Made by a program: the position numbers and the translations under genes. A stretch of 64,000 bases of DNA from an uncultured Bacteroidota bacterium (GTDB lineage Bacteria > Bacteroidota > Ignavibacteria > Ignavibacteriales > Ignavibacteriaceae): contig CAWHTX010000013.1 of assembly GCA_963832355.1 (NCBI GenBank), positions 154,328 to 218,327 on the forward strand, read 5' to 3'. Numbering within the stretch: the first letter of the stretch is position 1; every line of letters starts with the position of its first letter. Shown here one piece after another: positions 59,642 through 64,000 of this stretch. The notes beneath the pieces are model-generated. The model worked only from the letters and a program-made list of their open reading frames with translations. It searched no databases and was not told where the DNA came from.

Positions 59642-60136
59642 TTAATAGTTATTATCCGTATCTGCTTTCATATGATCAAGTATATTATTCCACGACTGCT
59701 GTACTTCATTCCAGCCCTGTCTCAGGTTTGCCTGGAATTCAGTCCAATTTTGTTCTGATGTGTTATCTATCTTATCTACTTTATCTTTTAGACTCGCTCT
59801 TTTTTCCTTAAGCTCATTGAGCTTGTTATTATACCAGTCCTGTGTTTCCTCGCTTGCTTTATCTGCTTTATTCTGCATATTATCAATTTTATTATTCAGA
59901 TTATCTATCGCATCATTAAGATCGTCTCTAAGCTCATCTCTCTGATCATAGGTATAGTCTTTGTCGTATTTGAATATAACAACGGAATTATCTTCCGCAG
60001 CATTAGCTTTCATATTATCATTCACTGTTGTTGCGTTATTTTCATTCATATTTTCATTATTCCTGTCCGAACAGGATGTGAATATGAATAACATAAAAAC
60101 GCTTAATAAAAGTGATAGAACGATTTTTCTGTTCAT
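59642..60136 (-). CDS. Lipoprotein, Asn/Asp/Lys-rich coiled-coil (hypothetical)
   Basis: 164 aa. Signal peptide with lipobox (FIFTSC) and a periodic DN..NK.DN helical region. Confidence 0.6.
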   Translation of the reverse strand: MNRKIVLSLLLSVFMLFIFTSCSDRNNENMNENNATTVNDNMKANAAEDNSVVIFKYDKDYTYDQRDELRDDLNDAIDNLNNKIDNMQNKADKASEETQDWYNNKLNELKEKRASLKDKVDKIDNTSEQNWTEFQANLRQGWNEVQQSWNNILDHMKADTDNNY

Positions 60137-60152
60137 GATTGTCCTTTCTGAT

Positions 60153-60302
60153 TTATAATACTCTGCGTCCCTGTATCAGCCTGATTATCAGCACTACGAC
60201 TGCAATAATCAGTAAAATGTGTATAAACCCGCCCAGAGTATACGAAGTTACCACTCCAAGCAGCCAGAGTATCAAAAGAATTACAAAAATAGTCCATAGC
60301 AT
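60153..60302 (-). CDS. Small two-TM membrane protein (49 aa, resembles the lmo0937 family)
   Basis: Not in the ORF track because it is shorter than 60 aa. The ATG is the complement of 60300-60302, preceded by aggag. Translation is MLWTIFVILLILWLLGVVTSYTLGGFIHILLIIAVVVLIIRLIQGRRVL. Confidence 0.65.
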   Translation of the reverse strand: MLWTIFVILLILWLLGVVTSYTLGGFIHILLIIAVVVLIIRLIQGRRVL

Positions 60303-60446
60303 ATTACTCCTCATATTTTATGACTGATTCAAGGGTCAAAATATTGAGGACAGCTTCTTTTCACTATTATCACAATCACAGAAAAACAGCTGTGTGACAA
60401 ATATTGATATAAAGAAAATTAATATTATTTCCTGTTTTTAGCTTAT

Positions 60447-61215
60447 ATGGTTATTTTTACCGCAATAATTTATCCAAATAGATCCTTGAACAATTATAAG
60501 CTAATAATCCAGTACGATGGCACAGATTATTCCGGGTGGCAGATCCAAAAAGGTCAGATGACCGTTCAGCAGAAAATTACGGAATCAATTGAGATCATAC
60601 TTAAAGAAAAAGTGAACCTGATCGGATCAGGAAGGACTGATACCGGCGTCCATGCGCTGGGACAGGCAAGCTAACTTCAGAACAGAGCAGGAGATCGATC
60701 AGCAAAAAGTTCTTTATTCATTAAATTCGATCCTCCCTAAAGACATTTCCATTCTGGATCTGGAAAAAGTTGATGAAAATTTTCACGCACGGTTTGATGC
60801 AAAGAAACGGTCGTATATTTATCTCATTTCAAAATACAAATCTCCTTTTTATGATAAATATTCCTGGTTTTATCACTTTGATATTAATTGTGCAAAACTG
60901 AATCTGTTTTCAAAATCAATTTTGGGTCGGCAGGATTTCAGTTCATTCTCACGAAAGAATACCGATACTCAGAATAAAGTATGCGAGATTTACGAGGCAC
61001 ACTGGAAGGAAAGCCGGGGTATGGTGATATTTTATATCTCGGCAGACAGATTCCTTCATGGTATGGTGCGTGCGATTACAGGAACATTACTTTTCACGTT
61101 AAAGAATAACCTTGACAAAGAATATATTGAGGAGGTTGTTCAAACCCGGGATCGTGAAAAAGCTGCCGAAGCAGTGCCCGCAAAAGGATTGTTTCTTTTC
61201 AAAGTAAAATATTAA
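60447..61215 (+). pseudogene. truA: tRNA pseudouridine(38-40) synthase TruA, interrupted by a single-base frameshift near 60668-60669
   Basis: ORF 60447-60674 ends ...[19 protein letters not shown] 60652-61215, one frame over, continues ANFRTEQ.... Together they reconstitute the conserved RTD.GVHA.GQ.ANF block. The likely true start is TTG 60486 ([19 protein letters not shown]). Confidence 0.8.
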
Positions 61216-61248
61216 GTTACGTTCGTCGTATGTAAAATAAGGAGTTAA

Positions 61249-61719
61249 ATGGAATTCCTCTCACAGCTGCACCCACAGGTTGTACATTTTCCTATTGCTT
61301 TTATGGTAATATATGCACTGCTTGAAATAACAGGGATACTTTCAGGTAAGGAATTCTTTCAGAAGGCTGCGTACCTGTTCCTTTTCCTGGGAGTGTTAAC
61401 CGCAGTACTTGCTGTAATTACGGGTAACCAGGCTGCGGATATCGCCTTAAAGTGGAAGGATAAAGGCGCGGTAATCCCCACCAACCTGATATCCGAACAT
61501 GAGGAATATGCCACCATTACAATGTGGTATTTTACAGGACTGCTGGTGCTGAGGACCTACCTTTTCCTTAAAAAGAAGTTCAACGGAACTGTAAAATACC
61601 TTTTTATAGTGCTTGCTGTAGCAGGATTATATTTAGTCTATCAGACCGGAGACCATGGCGGGAAGCTGGTTTATCGTCACGGTGTTGGTACCGAACTAAA
61701 AAAGGAAGAGACCAAATGA
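61249..61719 (+). CDS. DUF2231 domain membrane protein
   Basis: 156 aa. The N-terminal HPQVVHFPIAF motif, 4 TM segments and a C-terminal GG.LVY.HGVG. Confidence 0.7.
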   Translation: MEFLSQLHPQVVHFPIAFMVIYALLEITGILSGKEFFQKAAYLFLFLGVLTAVLAVITGNQAADIALKWKDKGAVIPTNLISEHEEYATITMWYFTGLLVLRTYLFLKKKFNGTVKYLFIVLAVAGLYLVYQTGDHGGKLVYRHGVGTELKKEETK

Positions 61720-61735
61720 TCCGGAGGCAGAAAGC

Positions 61736-62524
61736 TTGAGTTTTTCAAGGTTCGTTCTTGCAGTATTACTGGTAAATGCAGCGGGAATTACTCTGAGATA
61801 TTTCAGTCTGGATACCTATTTTATTTTTCTGGGCTTCCGGTTTCACCTCAGCTGCCTTATTCCTTTTATACTTCTGTCGAGTAAAGAAAACCTGGTTGTG
61901 CTGCTGGAGGCATTGAAAAAACCCCGCTTTCGCAAAAAATTAATTCCGATTTTTTGGCTGCTATTTTCTGCAGCTATCGTATTGATCACTCTTTTTTTGA
62001 TTAAGCAGATCAAACCCGGCGACCCTGATTATTTCTACGAGTTCGGGCTTTCTTCTATATTTGATTATCCTCTCTACCTTATATGGAATTTCCCCCAGTT
62101 ATGTATGATTTTTATGGTACTTGCCGTTATCGCGGGTACGGGTAATTTATCTTATTTAAAGGTATTTGCGGCACTGGTGCTGCTGTTCGGATTTGAATTC
62201 ATTCCACTTAACAGTGAATTCTCTTTTTTCAGTGCATCCTCTTTTATTCTCCTTGTTTTAGCGGCATCTTTTTTTGTCACCAGGATTCAGAATGTTTACT
62301 GGTTTTCATTTATAGTCTTCAGCTCCGTGTGGAGTGCAGTACTTTTATTCGGGAGCGGTTCAGAGACCATAATAAATATCTTTTTTGCAAAAGAATACCA
62401 AAGCTGGGAGGGATTCTTTAATGTTGGACGACAGTATGCTTCCTTCATAATTCCTGCATTTTTCTTCATTTTACTGGTAATTACCTCGTTTTATGTGATG
62501 CTTTCCGGGAAAAAAATTGCCTGA
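61736..62524 (+). CDS. Polytopic membrane protein (hypothetical)
   Basis: 262 aa with a TTG start, ggagg 8 nt upstream and about 8 hydrophobic segments. No recognisable family. Confidence 0.5.
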   Translation: MSFSRFVLAVLLVNAAGITLRYFSLDTYFIFLGFRFHLSCLIPFILLSSKENLVVLLEALKKPRFRKKLIPIFWLLFSAAIVLITLFLIKQIKPGDPDYFYEFGLSSIFDYPLYLIWNFPQLCMIFMVLAVIAGTGNLSYLKVFAALVLLFGFEFIPLNSEFSFFSASSFILLVLAASFFVTRIQNVYWFSFIVFSSVWSAVLLFGSGSETIINIFFAKEYQSWEGFFNVGRQYASFIIPAFFFILLVITSFYVMLSGKKIA

Positions 62525-62629
62525 AAAAATCGGACTGTCTTATTTAGAAATTAAGACGGTATTTCAGTAAATTGCAAAGGTTGTGCTGTGAGTTCCGGTT
62601 GGATATTAACTTAAAAGAATGCTTGCAAA

Positions 62630-63707
62630 ATGAAAAGAATTATACTTTCAGTTTTATTGACCCTGGCCGGTTCCTTATCGTTTGCCCAGCAGGCCGGCGA
62701 CTATTTTCCACAATCACCGGGATTCAGATGGGATTATAAAGCAATTCCTCTCGATTCTGCCAACAATGCAATTGACTCTTTGACGTATTTCAGGGTTGAT
62801 TCGTTTGCTGTTGTCACAAACTTTATGGGACGGAGTGCCGATATTGTTTTGTCTAAGAACGGGACATATAATCTTGTAAATTATCTGCCCTATACTGATA
62901 GTTCTTTTTTTTCATTTGAGAATACTGACGGTCATCAGTATTTCAGAGTTTCCAACCTTGGCAATCTGACAACACTTCTTGACTCAATCGGACTTGATTC
63001 AACAGTGCTGGGCGTTATTCAGTCGCTTGAAGACTGGTATTCAGTTTTCAGATTCGGTCAGACTGTTAATAATGAGTACACTATTTTTACGAAGGATACC
63101 ACTATTAACTTTAGCGGTAAGGATATTCCGATGCGTTTCAAATATCTTGGTAAAAGACTTGATGATGAGACAATACAGACAGAAGCCGGAACATTTAACT
63201 GTAAAAAGTTCTTATTGTCAACAACGGTAAGTTATACATTTCTTGGATTTCCGATTGAGTTCATCCGACTGGAAACAACTAAATGGCTGGCTCAGAATAT
63301 GTGGCTGGTTCAGGAGATAATGCCATCCGAAGACTTTTGACCTATCGGTTCTGGAACTTGGAATCGTTAATGTCCCGGGCCTTAAGACTGAACTGATCCC
63401 AACAATAACTGACATTAAGACCCCGGTTTATGCTCCTGCCGGATTTGAACTTTCGCAGAATTATCCGAATCCTTTTAATCCGGAGACCAGGATAAGATTC
63501 AGAATTCCTGAAAGTGGAAATGTAAGTCTGAAAGTTTACGACATACTTGGTAATGAAGTTAGTACAATTCTTGAAGGAGAAAAGAATTCCGGAGATTATG
63601 CTGTCACTTTCAGTCCTGATAAAGCAGGATTATCGAGCGGTGTATACTTGTATCAGCTGAAGCTGAAAGGAACGATTTTATCCCGGAAGATGGTTTATAT
63701 TAAATAA
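62630..63707 (+). pseudogene. Secreted hypothetical protein with a T9SS sorting domain, interrupted by a single-base frameshift in a T4 run (63335-63338)
   Basis: ORF 62630-63340 has a signal peptide (LSFAQQ). The next frame (63321-63707) encodes ...[19 protein letters not shown]...GVYLYQLK...RKMVYIK*. Removing one T joins ...MPSEDF to DLSVLELG.... Confidence 0.7.
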
Positions 63708-63763
63708 TTTTTTATAATTAACAGTAATTTTTCAATTAAAATCCTTACAGGGGTTTATCTATT

Positions 63764-64000
63764 ATGCGTAACCTACAACAGAAGGAAGAATATTCCCCGG
63801 AAACATCCGGGACATTAACTCTCCCCTCCAGAGAAGAAATAGAAGATAAGTATAAATGGAATTTAAATGATATCTATGAATCCGTTGAAGGCTGGGAAGC
63901 TGACTTCAAATGGATCCAGGATAATCTCGAAAGGTATAAAAGCTTTGCGGGAAAGATCGCTGAAAGTTCTGAGAATCTTCTTGCCTGCCTGAAATTTGAT
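63764..64000 (+). CDS. Oligoendopeptidase F-like (M3B) protein, N-terminal fragment; runs off the window end
   Basis: Not in the ORF track. The ATG is at 63764. MRNLQQKEEYSPETSGTLTLPSREEIEDKYKWNLNDIYESVEGWEADF... matches the usual PepF N-terminus pattern (R.EI...YKW.L..IY....W). Confidence 0.6.
   Translation, partial: MRNLQQKEEYSPETSGTLTLPSREEIEDKYKWNLNDIYESVEGWEADFKWIQDNLERYKSFAGKIAESSENLLACLKFD

Overview
This is a moderately AT-rich bacterial chromosomal segment. Several secreted proteins end in the NYPNPFNP...KK(M)(V/I)L(L/M)K type-IX-secretion (T9SS) sorting domain, which suggests (inference) an FCB-superphylum organism, possibly Ignavibacteria-like. Gene density is high and most of the content is housekeeping: ribH, aroK-aroB, nadA, purA, secDF, a cdd-tdk-nupC-PNP nucleoside salvage operon, uvrD-like helicase, floA, clpC, pyrE, truA and an aldehyde dehydrogenase. 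I found no rRNA, tRNA, CRISPR array, transposase or integrase. The most unusual coding content lies at about 11.8-26 kb. There, an ECF sigma/anti-sigma pair sits next to a partner-switching module with 2 STAS proteins, 1 RsbW-like kinase and 3 SpoIIE/PP2C phosphatases that carry different sensor modules. A 1344-aa multi-PAS hybrid histidine kinase follows, and no sigmaB/F-type sigma is present. Other points worth a second look:
- Two paralogous hairpin-bearing elements of about 110-125 nt in the 450-nt aroB-nadA spacer. They look like minus-strand sRNA genes with C-rich anti-SD motifs.
- Tandem BNR-propeller T9SS cargo paralogs with a duplicated promoter-like box and long leaders.
- A floA-coupled membrane protein built of (S/T)E-x-x-EWH heptad repeats.
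- Twin palindromic hairpins downstream of clpC.
- Two single-base frameshifts, in truA and in a T9SS cargo gene.
All functional calls rest on motif recognition by eye from the supplied translations. No database search or folding computation was run.
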